A DNA stretch of 64,000 bases. It comes from Azolla caroliniana (lineage: Eukaryota; Plantae; Polypodiophyta). The notes beneath the pieces were generated by a model, which was given only the letters and a program-made list of their open reading frames with translations, was not told where the DNA came from and made no database searches. Location of the stretch: the NCBI GenBank assembly GCA_043228905.1, contig JBHGNT010000014.1, positions 19,530,001 through 19,594,000 on the forward strand, written 5' to 3'. A program made the position numbers and the translations under genes. Shown here piece by piece: positions 1-13,800 of the stretch. Numbering within the stretch: position 1 is the first letter of the stretch; each line of letters starts with the position of its first letter.

Positions 1-272
1 TCCTATATTTGTTTTTTTCATTCCACTTATTTATTTATTCATTCATTTACTGTTTGTTTTACATACATATGTACATATTTCCTCCTTATTAATTGTTTAT
101 TTTCATATTTATTGTTCATTTTCTTATTTATTCTTTATTTCCTCCTTATTTATTCTTTATTTGCTTTTTTATTTTATTTGTTTGTTTTCACGCCTAATTT
201 CTTGTGTATGGCATGGTTTTTTGTCGGCGCCCAAGTGTGAAACCGCCCAAAACACTCTGAGGAGCCTGGAGA

Positions 273-300
273 AAGAAGAAGAAGAAGAAGAAGAAGAAGA
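273..300. repeat. (GAA)n microsatellite
   Basis: Run of aagaagaag...; explains the poly-E/F/L stretches in the short ORFs here. Confidence 0.95.
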
Positions 301-1019
301 GGGAATATATCGATTGCTTCGGGATTGTGTTCCTTATTTTTGTCCCTAGAGCCACACACGCAATATCTTTAACACTTTGTCGGGGTGTCAAGGTCTACTT
401 CGGCATTCCTACCCCTAGAGTGTTGGCTTCCATTTGCAAGGAGCAAACCCAGGGACTTCCTAAACAAACAAACAAACAACCCGCTCTCCCGATGGGTTTC
501 TTTTCCATACCTCGGACATGTTGTCGACTTCCCCCCCCCCCCCTGCATTTTCGAGACATTGTTTTGGTTTTTTCTTGAGGTTCCAGGTCTTTATTATCAC
601 ATGTGTCATAAGCCTTTTTGTAAATTGTTGTTTCGCATCCACATGAGGAAAATGCTTGTGTAAAGCATTGTTTCATATCCACACGAATAAGTGTAAAAAT
701 ATGTATAGTATTGGGCACTTGATTGGGTAGCTTGCTTTGGCAATTCTCGATGTGGGAAAGTTCGGGATTGTTGCGTGAGGAGCTCCTCCTCGTGTGTGTT
801 TTGGCTCGTCATGCATATTTCAAATCATGCATTGGCTCCGTTGCCAAATGGTCTCATAAGTGTACTTGAGCCCATATGGATCCTTTGGACTTGAGTCCTT
901 AGTAGTTTCCTTCGTCAAATTAATTAAGATAAGAGAGAAATAGACAAGCAAACAGATAATGTGTGGGTGTGTGTGGTATCATTGTAGTGTTTTTCACAAG
1001 CAAACAAAAAATTATACGC

Positions 1020-1050
<31 letters not shown>
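1020..1050. repeat. (TA)n microsatellite
   Basis: Direct reading. Confidence 0.95.
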
Positions 1051-1052
<2 letters not shown>

Positions 1053-1315
1053 GTATGTATGTCATATCATTTCTTTCCTGGTTTGAGATATTAATGAGCA
1101 CCAAATAGAAATGTTTCTGAAAAAAGTGTTTAAATTTGTCGTTTTGACCGATGCCAAAGGCCAGTGAGACACCTCATGTCAATTTATCCTATATAATGTT
1201 TGAGTAGACTCGACTCAAAATCTTTCATGCTTCCAAATCACTTGTGTGTGTGGAGAGAGAATGAACGATATGAATCAGAGATGCATCTATTGTCAAGGCA
1301 TATAGTTTAGGATAA

Positions 1316-1512
1316 GTGATAACAATTGCATTGATGTCTTACTAACTTATGACAAGAAAAAAAGAAAGACATGATGATTGTATATTATTTGTTCTAATAT
1401 GACCTATTATAATTTAGGAGAAGTGACAACAAATACATTGATGGTTTAATAGCTTGCGACAAGAAAAAAAGAAAGATATGATCATTGTATATTATTGCTC
1501 TAAACTGACATA
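1316..1512. repeat. Imperfect tandem duplication, period about 107 bp
   Basis: gacaagaaaaaaagaaaga(c/t)atgat(g/c)attgtatattatt at 1351 and 1458. Confidence 0.8.
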
Positions 1513-4500
1513 TGGGGCTTGAAGAAGAATAGGTCCCATTTCCAAGTTTGTGATTGGCACCTCATGAGAATGACATGGGCAATGAGCTCTCAAAGTGTGT
1601 TCACAAAGAGCAATAAACAAAGGGGTGCTTTGATTGTGTGGCATTAGGGGCAACAATATGGTTGTGGTGTCAAAGTGTTTGGCATGGTAGTGCACCTTGT
1701 AGACTTTATCGTTTGTGTCTATGACACTCTTCTTTTCGCAATGTGTGAGGATGACTCACATTTTTATACTTAAAAGTGTTTATATACTCCAATGTGCATG
1801 GGGTGCTACATAAACAAATTGTATCTGAGGGACACATGGCTATTTTTTTAGTTGCTTGTACACGACAATGTGAATGAAGTCCCCAATGAGAGGGGGAGTC
1901 ACTAAAAAAGGAGCATAGGGAAATTCCCCAAAGATGAGGCTTCCTCTTTTTTTAGATCTAGAAGTTTGTGAGGTTATTGCATTATGTGACTATCAATGGG
2001 AACCAAGCCCTATATCAATACATGCAAAACATTTGAGTATGAAATTTCCCTAATCCTTGACTGATGGGAGTTCGCAACTCCTGAGGAACAATTTCCCCGA
2101 AGAACTAAAGAAAGTTTGACAAACAAAGTGAGTGTGGACACAAAGGGTAACATTGCATCACATTTAGTGTACGGACTTATGAAGACAAGAAAACCAAAGA
2201 GAATTCAAGACTATTTACATACCACCCCACTATAACATCACATTATTGCAAGAAGACCAACAACGCCACATTTGTTGAAATATACTTGCCTCTTATCAAT
2301 GTCTTGTTCTCATAAGTTTTGTTTGAAGGTGAAACATACTCATGCAATGCTTAATGGATATTAGGATTTGAGAGTACATCTTCCTATTTTGGCAATTTGT
2401 TTCATGTTATCAATTGAAACCTCACCAGTAGGTATGTGCTCATTATACATAGGATGACCCAAACTTCTTAGTGGAGGTGTCCTTTTATCTTTTCGAAGTA
2501 TTGGGAATGATAAAATCATTGAGATATGTGTGGTGTCCTTATGGTAGACATGGAGTTATAGCACTTTCACTCAAAAGTTGACAGGGAAAACTCAATTGGT
2601 AGTTTGTTTGTTGGGGTAAGTGGAAATATTCTCCCTTTGTCAGGCATTCTAATTCAATGTGGGTGATATCATGAGTCCCACTACCTACTTAACCTAAGCG
2701 TGTGGCCTATTTTTTGCAATACAATAATGATATTTTTATGCATACGATTAAATATTTGTGTTTTTTCATGAAGATTTACATGACACTTGAAACCCAAAAG
2801 ATGCAAACTATTAACGGGATTATTGGGTTGGTTCCAAGTAAGCATTTAGGTTCGGACTACGGGTAAGTTGCTTATTGTGTTGAGTATCGCTTGTATTGAG
2901 ATGTCTTGCTAGTTTTGTCATGGGTTCTTCAAGAGCACAATTAAAAAAGCTTGTCCTCCTTTTTTGAGAAGCAAATGAAACTCTCCAATAATGTGTTGGT
3001 ATCTTGGACACATCTAGTGGCACATGTGCCTCATCGTCCATTACTTTCATGTCACATTCTAACATGCCCTTTCATCTCAAAGTATGAAATTGGGCTATGT
3101 TGCTTCATATATGAGCCATGACACTAGTAACGTAAGTTTGTGGCTCCACTTTTAGCTCGGTATCATTTTCTCTCCCTTCGAAGTTAATATACTAATAAGA
3201 GATATGAGAGAGGAGGGAAAGTGAAGAGATTTGAAAATAAGGGGTGTTCGGGGACTTGTGGCTAATATTAGGGATCTCGTGAAAACATAGGGCTATTCTC
3301 ATAAATCTCCTGATTAACATATGTATTTATTGATTTTGGAGTTGTTTCTCCAAGTTGTATATGTTGATCCCATTGTAGATTTGGACAAACATTGTTGTAT
3401 TCTATTTGCTAACTAATGCGAAGTAGTGGTTTTTGGAGAAAAAAAACATATGTATTTATCATTATAACATTAAATATTCAATGCAATGTTTATTCACATG
3501 CATGTATTAACCTCCCTTTCTATGTTCTTATATTTATCTTTTTCGATATTTGTCATTGGGCCTATTTATATAAAAAAAAGCCAAATCTATTTTTATGCCT
3601 TTTGGGAAAACCCTAGTTTGAATGGAAACCATTAAAAGCTAAAGTTTTCAATACCATTTCTTCGCCTAACGCTTCATGCTGATTCAACTCTCCGTATTCA
3701 AAAATATCACAATTTAACCTTTATAAAAAAGTCTATCGTTATCCATACGTGCTAGGGGTAGTAAGGGGTAGTAGTGGTCACCTTCTGCCCTTTGTTTTAA
3801 AAGGTACTGCTTGAGAGTTGATTTCGCAAAATATTATGATACAGATTTAAGCTTTGTGGAGCTATATATTCTTCTCCTTTAGCAAGGGTATAAAGTGACG
3901 TTTTTAAAAATACAGTGGGTCAAACCAAATACTTCCGTTATAGCCTCGACTTTTAATGACATATCGGTCATTTCCATTATAATCTATATTTATCTAGTGT
4001 TCTTCCATTCATAGTTCATTATTGATTGTTTGATTTCGAATACTATTTTGTAGTTACATTGGAGTGCATCACATTGTGCTCATGCTCGTAATCTAGTACC
4101 AACCATTTGCTTTCTAATACTAATTCATAGTTATAATGGAATGCATCACATTGTGCTTTGTGCGTATTGTATTTCATTGTGTTGTGCGCATAACGCATTG
4201 TTTATTATATTTGTTTATGTGCATTCTATATTTAATATTTGTACATGCTTTGGGAGGGGCCATACACATGTTTCTCACAAGTTAAATTAAGAAGGTAATA
4301 GACACCAATATGCATTTCCAAACTTTCCACGTCTTGAGGTGCCAAATGCCTTAGCATCTTCCACATCACCGAATTGTTATTATCAATAATCTTTCTTAAT
4401 GCTTATGTTTTGGTTTTTGCCAGATAAAAGTTGATTGTGCTTTTCTTTTAAAATCGTAGCCTACTATTAAATATTTCACTTCGAATAATTGTGTACGGCA

Positions 4501-7500
4501 TGCCATTTGTTTACTTTTACACCTCAATGAATTCCCTTTGTAAACCTTTCTCTTTCTAATTACACCTCCATTGTCACCATAAACCATAATGTTTAGACGT
4601 ACAAAACTTGCTTGAGTTTCCTTTCACAATATTGTCACACAAATGACAAGTTGAAGCGTAATGTTACTGAAGATCCTTTCCTACCAATGAATATAGAGGA
4701 GGATAATGTGCTCACCATCACTCCAATCAAAAGCTTGTCATTCCATAATATTGATTTCTAAAGACACAATGAAAGATTCAGGTTTTTATTCTTTACTCTA
4801 GTTACGAGCTACCCTCTAGAGAAAAAACTTATGGATGAAATAAATTAGTACCATTTTTTTTGTTTCTCAAGGATTGTTTTCTCACACAAAAATGTGAAAA
4901 ATCTAGAGTTAGACATGAGAGAGTATTATTCGCTACTAGTGTTTGTGAAATGTACAAGGTCAAAAGGAGTTCTTTCATCCATAAGCAATTCGGATGTGAC
5001 AAATTCTTGTGTCAGATTTTGGAGAGGCCCTCGATATATAATAATTGGTTTTGGGTAGGGTCTACATCTATCTTTGTCAATGGGGCTCATTGTTGAAAAA
5101 TGCACCACACCCCTCCCAAAACAAGATCAATCAACCATCAATAGTAAAGACGAGTTTATTTATCTTATTTTATTATAAAGTTTAGGTGTAAAATGGCTTG
5201 GTATCGACATAAAGTGGGTAGGGGACATGGTTTCAATGGGTCCATTGTTTATCATTGATCTCATTCAATGGTTTGAAGCATGAAAATGGCGGGCACCTTG
5301 CAAATCATATTATTGTTTCCTATCTTTTTCCAACCTTCTAAGAAGCCACTACTATGCATGACATAGTTTGTTCTTTAAAAGTGAGGGCCATTTTGTGCCA
5401 ATTTAGACGAAAACTAGGTATTGAGCTATAACTATAGTTGTAACTTGTAGCTAAAATACACCACCACTTATATGTTTCTTAATGGCATATTGGCTCATTA
5501 TCGTGAACATGCATAAAAAACTGTACCAAATGATCTCGGATTGTACAATGCATTGGGTACACCTTTATTTTTGTCCTCTTAGTTTTGTGTCCTCTTTTGT
5601 ATTCTTCAAGGATGCATTGGAATATGCGTATGGTACAATCAAGAAGATTAACCACAAGTGGAGATAGAGACAAATGGCCAAGACAAACCTCTTTCATGAG
5701 AATATAAACAAGAATTATATTGATGTTTGGATTTAGGTGGCTCTTTAAACCATTCATTATGAGATAATGTAAGGCATACATTGCGAGATTAGGAACCCAC
5801 CTTTATACACTATCACATGGGAATGCAGGAGGATGTCAAGGAGTGGGCTCTATTGATTATGTGGCATCGCCACTTTGAATCCTTTGTAGGCCTCAATGCC
5901 TAGCCTTAGGCTTTGCAAAATTATAGAGAAATCCTTCACAATAATCACAATGTCTTACTCATATATGTCCAGTTTCATTGAAAACATATAATGTATAATC
6001 ACAATTTTGATATGTTTGACTTCAACTTTTCGAGATTTTGTTATAAACTAGAAATTATATCCATATTGGTACATTTCTAAAACTCATATCAAAATCCAAC
6101 AACCGAACACTTCTTGTTCAATGTTTAGGCTCTAGGATTGACTATGTAAAACTTCCCAAAGCATATCTAAAGCATGATGATGCATTGACAAAAACAAAGA
6201 GAAAGTGTTAACACATCAAATTACAAGTTGTAAAACCTCCTTGTTTTCACAAGCTCCAAATATTAATATATCTTCTTCAATATTGTGGTCCATACTTCAA
6301 GATCAAGATGACTTGCTCTCATCAAGCATTGGGTTTCATCATTTTACAATACATTCACAACTTGATGCAACTCACTAGTGCACCCTTCCACATCCACAAG
6401 GCTTCAAAACTTATACAACTAGGAAACACAATTTTACTCTTGGTTAAAAGAATATGCGGTGTCACAACATGAGGATGATGTTCTGGATTAAACAACCTTC
6501 CAATATTGCTACAAGGATGGTTGGGAAAATGCCAATTTAGAACTGTTTTAATCTTTAGCATAAATATGATGACAATATCAATGAAACTTTGCACATCATT
6601 GCTCCATAGCCATAAAAATCCAAAGGCTTACCCCTTTTATCATTCCCTCAAATATTTTGAAAAAAAGTAAATTGCATGCAACATACATATTCTTGGCCAT
6701 TCCTTAGCAAGATCATTATCATAAATTCATTCTCCACTCGTGTTCATTAGAAAACTATGTAATATATTATATATCAATTGTAGAAAGATAATTACATCGT
6801 CTTTAGATTTTACGTTTGCCAAATGAGGCGTTTATCATCAAACACATATTGCACATTCTATTCCACAAATATATTTTGTAGTCATATAATAGCCTATTCG
6901 TGTGTATTGTAAGGGATCTTTTGACACTACATGCATTTCTTAGGTTTTTTGGTAATAAATGAGATGAGAATAAATGGTATTTTTTTATGTTTAAAAATAA
7001 AATGACCGCCCAAAACAAGCTTCAAAATGTATGGATGGTGTCCACCACAAATGCCAACGTCTAAAAATTGACCAAACCATTACACAAGGGTGGGAGTTGG
7101 GACTTGAGCTAGGAAGCCCAATCGTTCTTAGACCATTTTTCTAATAATACAAGCTCAACACCATGGATGATTTCTTGTTTTTCATCTCCTCCACAAATTA
7201 ATTATTGAGAAAAGGCATGTGATGTCTTTGCAAATCTTCTTTGTTCACAATTCAATCTATAATTTTTTTTTTGTTAAAACATTTTTACACTAAAGATGTT
7301 TTGTTTCTTAGAATTCCACATCTTTACAACCCATAAATGACATCATACCCTCGTTTTGTAAGTAAGAAGTTAATGACATGCAGTGCACATCAATCAATAT
7401 GGCACTTTGATTTACATGTGCATTTATGTTAGTATTTACTCAACGTTTTACTTGTTATTAATTTTCGTGGGAGCCATATCTTATTCTTCATACTAATAAA

Positions 7501-7694
7501 TTATTTAAAGAAAAGTTTTAAGAAGTACAATAGGGAAAATCTTGGACGTGGTGCGATCCTCATGTGGGCCAATGAAGCAAAGCCATCCCTTTCTTCAAAT
7601 TCACGACTAGATTAGGTCGCCACATCCTAACTGCTCAAATTGCATGAGAGCCGACAACTGCAATTGTCTTTTACGATGCGGTTTCCTAGTCTCT

Positions 7695-7825
7695 TAGACT
7701 TCTCTTATAAGAACATATAGTCAACATGGACATGGACAAAATGTTTTGCAGTACCATAAGAGAAGCTACTAAGAGTTCACAAACCAATCATCTTCCCAAG
7801 TTAGAGAAGGATTTTTAGTTGAAAT
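7695..7825 (+). pseudogene. PLS-class pentatricopeptide repeat (PPR) pseudogene, 5' part
   Basis: Manual translation *TSLIRTYSQHGHGQNVLQY ... LEKDF resembles PPR consensus WTSLIxxYxQHGxG; ends at the solo-LTR TSD. Confidence 0.6.
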
Positions 7826-8134
7826 TGTTAGGAAATAGGTCCCTTCGGATGGGCAAAGCATGAGTCAAACTGGAGTTCGAAGGGTGAGCACCGGATGAGA
7901 CGAGTATGAGCCGGACCGAATGGCTGTCACTTAGAGCCGGATTGGTTGGATATCATCCGGTTGGATTCAGAGATGAATTCGGAAGAGGACATATTTGTAA
8001 ATATGTTTTGTTGTACTTATTTTGGGCTAGAATTGTAAATAGCCCTAAAGTTGTATTAGTATAAATACAACTCTAAGGGCAAATCATTACATGAGGATTT
8101 GATGAATAGTTACTGTTGGTTATTGCCTCTGTAA

Positions 8135-8170
<36 letters not shown>

Positions 8171-9211
8171 CCTCCATATCCGTAGGTCTGACGAAGAAGA
8201 ACTCAAGGTTGTTGCCTTGTAGCTTCTTGTTGCATTTCTTTCTCATATAGTGATTATTCAGAGGTTGTGGACTCCCATGGTTTTTCCCCATTTCAGGGCT
8301 TTCCATGTTAATATCTTGTGTCATTGCATCATCTCTCTGTTTAGTACTCCATCTTCTGTTTTTCTGTCATTCCAAATCCTTACACCTACATCATGGTTGT
8401 TTACGTACCCATATTTAACGTTTAAATACGGATAGTACCTCATAATTTGTATAGTACGTAATATACCTCAATGTTGTTCAATCAAATATCATGTACATTT
8501 GTCCAATACGGTATTTAACGCACATTTGAAAAAACAGGTATAATACGTATTTATAAAAAAATGTAAGTAAAATCCCAACAAAAATCAAAAGAAAAAAAGA
8601 TTTTAGTAAAAAGAAGCAAAAAGAAGGAACAAAGAAGAACAAAAGAGATGATGAAGAAGAAGAAGAAGAAGAAGATAGAAACCTGTCCTAACTTTGAGTG
8701 TGGTAATCACAGAAGATAGAAGCAGAAGAAGATGAAGAAGATGATGATGATGATGAAGAAGAGAGAAAAGAAGAGAGAAACATATCCTGAGTGTGATAAT
8801 CGTAGACGATTCCTCAATCTATGAAGGCATAATCGTAAATAATTACAATTTGAAGTAGAACATCGTGATACACACTTGCACTGATTTATAGAATAAGTGA
8901 ATGTCTACATCCATATTATAAGTATTTTTGGATGTGAAATGTTCAAATGTCTTATATGCATTTTGGCATGTAGAACTATAATGTACATCACAAAATTGTG
9001 TAAACATAGATGCCTTTTACAATATTACAAATATTTTTTAGAAAGGAAAATAATTTACAAATTCTAGAAGTATTTAACATACTATACGTAAAATACGTAT
9101 TTTATGTATTTTATAAGTATTTAACATATTAAAAAATGTATTTAACATAATTGGGAGGTACTATACATACACATTCGTGACAACCGGTTGTGGTTGGTCA
9201 GATTCTTTACA
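7826..9211 (+). mobile_element. Solo LTR related to the Copia C LTR, interrupted by a MITE-like insertion
   Basis: TGTTA...TTACA termini, 5-bp TSD GAAAT (7821-7825/9212-9216); shares ggtcccttcggatggg, ttgtaaatagccc, tataaata, (GA)n, actcccatggtttttccca with the LTR at 42067. Confidence 0.8.
8392..9164. mobile_element. Probable non-autonomous DNA transposon inside the solo LTR; boundaries uncertain
   Basis: Inverted match atagtacctc (8432) / gaggtactat (9155); repeated cgtatt/aatacg/tttaac motifs near both ends; no counterpart in the related LTR. Confidence 0.5.
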
Positions 9212-9216
9212 GAAAT

Positions 9217-9372
9217 ATAGTCAATGATATGAAAATCGAATCACTTGAGAAAGCATGCGAGCTTTTTAATGAGCTTCCATCTCAAGATGTAGCTTAGTGA
9301 AATACACTCCAAGATATGCTCAATATGGATGTGGTGGGCATACACAATGAATGGGTGTTGTGATGAAGTTAA
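9217..9372 (+). pseudogene. PLS-class PPR pseudogene, 3' part
   Basis: SLEKACELFNELPSQDVA**NTL ... YAQYG resembles GSLxxAxxxFDxMPxxDVVSWNxLIxGYAQxG; contains stops and frameshifts. Confidence 0.65.
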
Positions 9373-10406
9373 CGTATGAGAAAATCATGGTTGAAATAAA
9401 AATATAAAAATTTAAAGCTATGGTTATAATTCAATGACATCTAGATATGAATGATGACGGTGATGATAATTAACATACAAACATTTATTCATCCAAAAAA
9501 ATGGACTATGAATATTTCAGTAGACGATATTGTTTTTATAGAAGGTTGGTGATTATCAAGTTGGGAGTATTGCTACCACAAATTCTTATGGTGATTTATG
9601 TAGGCCTCAAGACTATTAAGACATAAACATCGGAAATGTGAATCCTTATCATGATTCCCATAAAGGTCCCAAAGTATTAAGATTGGAACACTATAAACAC
9701 AAATGCAAACTCTTTTTTTTTCCCAAAATGAAGCTACTTTCCATTAGTTAGGACGGATTATTACAAAGAGACTATACAAGGAGGCTTATACACAAATTGG
9801 GGAATCTCCCTCCGATCAAGTTCAAGAAAATGAGACTACTTACATAGCCTTTCAGACTGACTACTTAATGTAAGTAGCTAAAAACGGGGCCCTTCAGTGT
9901 TGGCTAGTACGAGCCAACTCCTAGGGCCTACAATGAAGGGAGGGAGGCAAGTGAGTCGGAATCAACCAACGTGGGGGCTGGTAGTTCCAGCTTGGGCCAC
10001 TTCCTCCTTGTGTCACCATAGACGTGTTCCGCCATTTCCTTCAAAAGCGCAAACGGGCAATGACCACGTCGTTGGAATGGTTGCAAACCTCGTCCAATTG
10101 CTCTCGTAGGCAGCTAATTAGCGCAAACCATATGTCCATGATCACTTCCTCCGGGGCCATACCAGATCTTGAAAGACCTTTAGGCAACGTGCTTTCCATA
10201 CAGACCGTAGGTTGAAGCCTACGATCAACATCCAAATTTCCGAGAACCTAGGGGATGCGGATTGCAAGCCTCTCTCAAAACGAATCTTGGCGATTTTGCC
10301 TCTCGTGCATACATTGTCAGGAATAGTACTGAGATAGAGAAGAAATTAGTACTAAGAGAGAAATATTAGTACTAAGATGAATAGAGGGTGTAGAACACTC
10401 GAGAGA

Positions 10407-10454
<48 letters not shown>

Positions 10455-10730
10455 AAATGATGATGACAACGATATATTATGTGAGAAGAATATACAAGGA
10501 AGGCTAGGAGGCTTAAGACTGGCGTTGAACCGATTTGATTCGAAATAATGCCTTTTGCCTCCTTTTATAGTATTCTCAGGAGTAGTCAAGGCGGTTAAGT
10601 AGGTTGGGCAGTTTCATAGCAGCCATCCCGTTTCATCGAGCCTCGGAAGTCAAGGCGGTTTCTCGCTTTCGCGTGAGTCACGAAACAGATTGGATAGAGA
10701 GGAGATTGACGAGTTGGTATAGGCTTATCC

Positions 10731-10750
10731 TGAAGCTTCTAGAATGTTCT
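10731..10750. promoter_or_regulatory. Heat-shock element (4 alternating nGAAn units), 3' LTR
   Basis: tGAAgcTTCtaGAAtgTTCt. Confidence 0.7.
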
Positions 10751-10818
10751 AGAGAAATCTGGAATATACATTAATTTTCTATAGTAAAAGTTAAATAAAA
10801 ATAATATTCTATGTATTA

Positions 10819-10895
10819 CAATAGATAGTGTAATGGTCAAGAGCTCGACCCATGTAACATAAAGTCATAGGTTCGAGTCTTGCCATATCATGACA
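10819..10895 (+). ncRNA. tRNA-derived A-box/B-box module at the LTR U3 terminus (not a functional tRNA)
   Basis: TAGTGTAATGG (10826) and GGTTCGAGTCT (10870), offset 44 nt as in tRNA positions 8 and 52. Confidence 0.65.
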
Positions 10896-10899
10896 CTAT

Positions 10900-13800
10900 C
10901 CCCCCTTTAAAACGACGAGTGTCACGAGTCGTTTTGGATTGAGGACCCGGTTTATCTGGATATTGACGATGGAAGTCTTCAAGAAGAGCACGAGCATTGG
11001 TCACATTCTCTATTGGTTCCCAAGTACGCTCGCTGGGACTATATCCTAGCCAATCGACTAAATAGTAGAGCTTGTTGCGAACAATCTTGGAATCGAGGAT
11101 GGAGGTTGCCGATGGAAGTCTTCAAGAAGAGCACGAGCATTGGTCACATTCTCTATTGGTTCCTAAGTACGCTCGTTGGGACTATATCCTAGCCAATCGA
11201 CTAAATAGTAGAGCTTGTTGCGAACAATCTTGGAATCGAGGATGGCGGCAACCTCGTACTCAGGTCCATCTTCAAGTTCAATCAGGGGTGGAGGTTGTGG
11301 AATACGTCCTGGGATGGTGCCGTCTTGATAGGGTTCGAGGAGAGAACTATGAAACACTGGATGTATGCGAAATTGCGGGGGTAGATCGAGACGAAAAGAG
11401 ACATCATTAATCTTTCCGATAATACGGAAATGACCTAATCGCCGATAATCCAACTTCTCGCATGGGCGAGTAGTCTTGATGTGTCGTCATAGTAGCCATA
11501 CCCAATCTCCAATGTTAAAATTGTATGGAAGCCGATGACGATCCGCGTAAACCTTGTGTGTTTGTTGAGCTTGTTGTAGATGAGTAGATAAATCTACTTG
11601 TATCTTGCGTAACCGCTCCAAATGATCCTCTACGCAAGGATTTGTGGGTAATTCTGGGGTTTCAAATACACACCACTGGGGGTGGTGACAACCCGTATAA
11701 GCATAAAATGACGTAACTTTAGTCGATGAGTGGAGAGAGTTATTATAGGCGAATTTGGCGAATTGGAGAATATCCGCCCAGTAATCTTGATGATAGCTTA
11801 GAAAGCACCGAAGATACTTCTCGAACGTTTGATTTGTTCGTTCTGCTTGGCCGTCGGTTTGCGGGTGGTAGCCGGAGGAGAGGTTACAAGTGACCTTGAG
11901 CATTTTAAAAAGGTGCTTCCAGAATGTTGAGACAAATTGGGGTCCATAGTCGCTAATGATATTATCAGGAAGGCCATGATGCTGACATACTTCACGCATG
12001 ACAATTTCGACGATTTCTTCACTGGAGATTTCCTTAGAACATTGTAGGATATGAGCCATCTTCGTATATCGATCTACTATTGTTAAAATCACATTGAATC
12101 CCTTAGAGACTGGAAGATCCGTGATGAAGTCTAGAGCAATGGATTGCCACGGCTTGCTTGGAATTGGTAATGGTTCTAATAAACCATATGGATGATGCCT
12201 TGGCATTTTTGCTCTGCAACATGTATCACAAGTCCGAACAAAATCTTCGACAAATTCTCACATATAGGGCCACTAGAATGATCGTTCTACTAAATCTAAT
12301 GTCTTAGTACTACCAGAATGACAGTTTTGGACTAGAAGGCGGCAAGAACCATTAGGAACATACAAGATTTTCTTAAAGAATAGTAATCCATCATGACATT
12401 CGAATTGTCAATAGTCCGTACCTGTTTGTTGCGATCGTGAACAAGATGCTCGAGAGGGATCAATTTGTGCTAGAATGGCTTGGGCGAAAGCATATGTCTT
12501 CAAGTCCTCACGTATGGTATCGATAACGTGGGAATCCAAGGGCATGCCGAAGACTTGTGTTGCTTATAGTTGTGCCGGTCCCAAGACTACTTGATTTTGG
12601 TTATCAAAAGCTGGTTCGATGGGACGCGGTGCTAGATACGAACGCCGTGATAATGCATCTGCCTTCCCTTGGTGCTTCCCCGGACGACATGTAATTTTGA
12701 AGTTGAAATGCGCGAGGAATTGGGCCCACTGAGCTTGACGTCGATTTAACACACGAGCACTCTGAAAGTAGGCAAGGTTTTTGTGATCAATGAATACGGT
12801 GACTTGATGAGAGGATCCCTCTAGAAAATGCCTCCATTGCGTAAAAGAATCCACTATTGCTAATAGCTCCTTATCATGAATTTCATAGTTGATTTCAACG
12901 GCGTCAAACTTGCGTGAGTGGAAAGCCACAGGATGTAGCTTTTCATCATTACCTTGTTGTGACAGAATGCTACCTAATGCGAAATTCGACGTGTCCGCTT
13001 CCATGATGAATGGTTTTTCTGGATCAACGTGAGCTAGAATAGGAGCCGATGTAAATGCCTACTTAAGATTCTCAAAATCCATGTCCGCTTCTTCAGATCA
13101 AACGAACGATTGTCCCTTCTTAGTAAGTTGTGTGAGAGGCAGAACAAGCTTTGAGTAATCCTGTGTAAACTTGTGGTAGAAATTGGCAAAGCCTGAAAAA
13201 CATTGCACATCTCGCAACGAACGTGGAGTTTGGCACTCTACCACCGTTTTGACCTTAGTTGGATCCATGGAGATGCCTTCTGAGGAGATGACATAGCCCA
13301 AAAATTCCACCTAGTTGCACTCGAAACTACATTTTTCCAGCTTTGCATAAAGACCATGTTCTCGAAGTCGTTTTAGTACTAATAGTACATGAGAATCATG
13401 CTCTTCTTGGGTCTTCGAATAAACTAGTAGATCATCCAAATAGATGATCAAACAAACATCCAAGAGATCTCGAATATATCATTTGCCATGTGCTGGAAGA
13501 CTGCTGGCGCATTAGTGAGGCCGAACGACATGACCATATACTTGAAGTGCCCATATCTGGTGTGAAACGTGATCTTCCCTTCATCTCTTGGTCGGATCCG
13601 TACGAGGTTATATGCTCCCCGTAAGTCGATCTTCGTGAAGAACCTTGCACCATTGATCCGTTCTAAAAGACTTGAGATAAGGGTAAGTGCATACCTATTT
13701 ATGATGGTGACCTTATTCAAGCCATGGTAATCTACAACGAGACAAAGTGCGCCGGCTGGAGATTTTGAATGCCGAATGAAACCATTTTCCAAATTCTCCT

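Larger units (their letters stand above)
10315..10895 (-). repeat. 3' LTR of chromovirus
   Basis: TGTCA...TGACA termini; matches 23960-24435. Confidence 0.95.

Noticed and set aside
1500-7600. Decayed retrotransposon remnants (PPT-like 1888, RNase H-like about 2800-3050, Copia-like about 6200-6780) and short ORFs
   Set aside because: Too degraded to place boundaries or assign families by eye; ORFs lack recognisable domains
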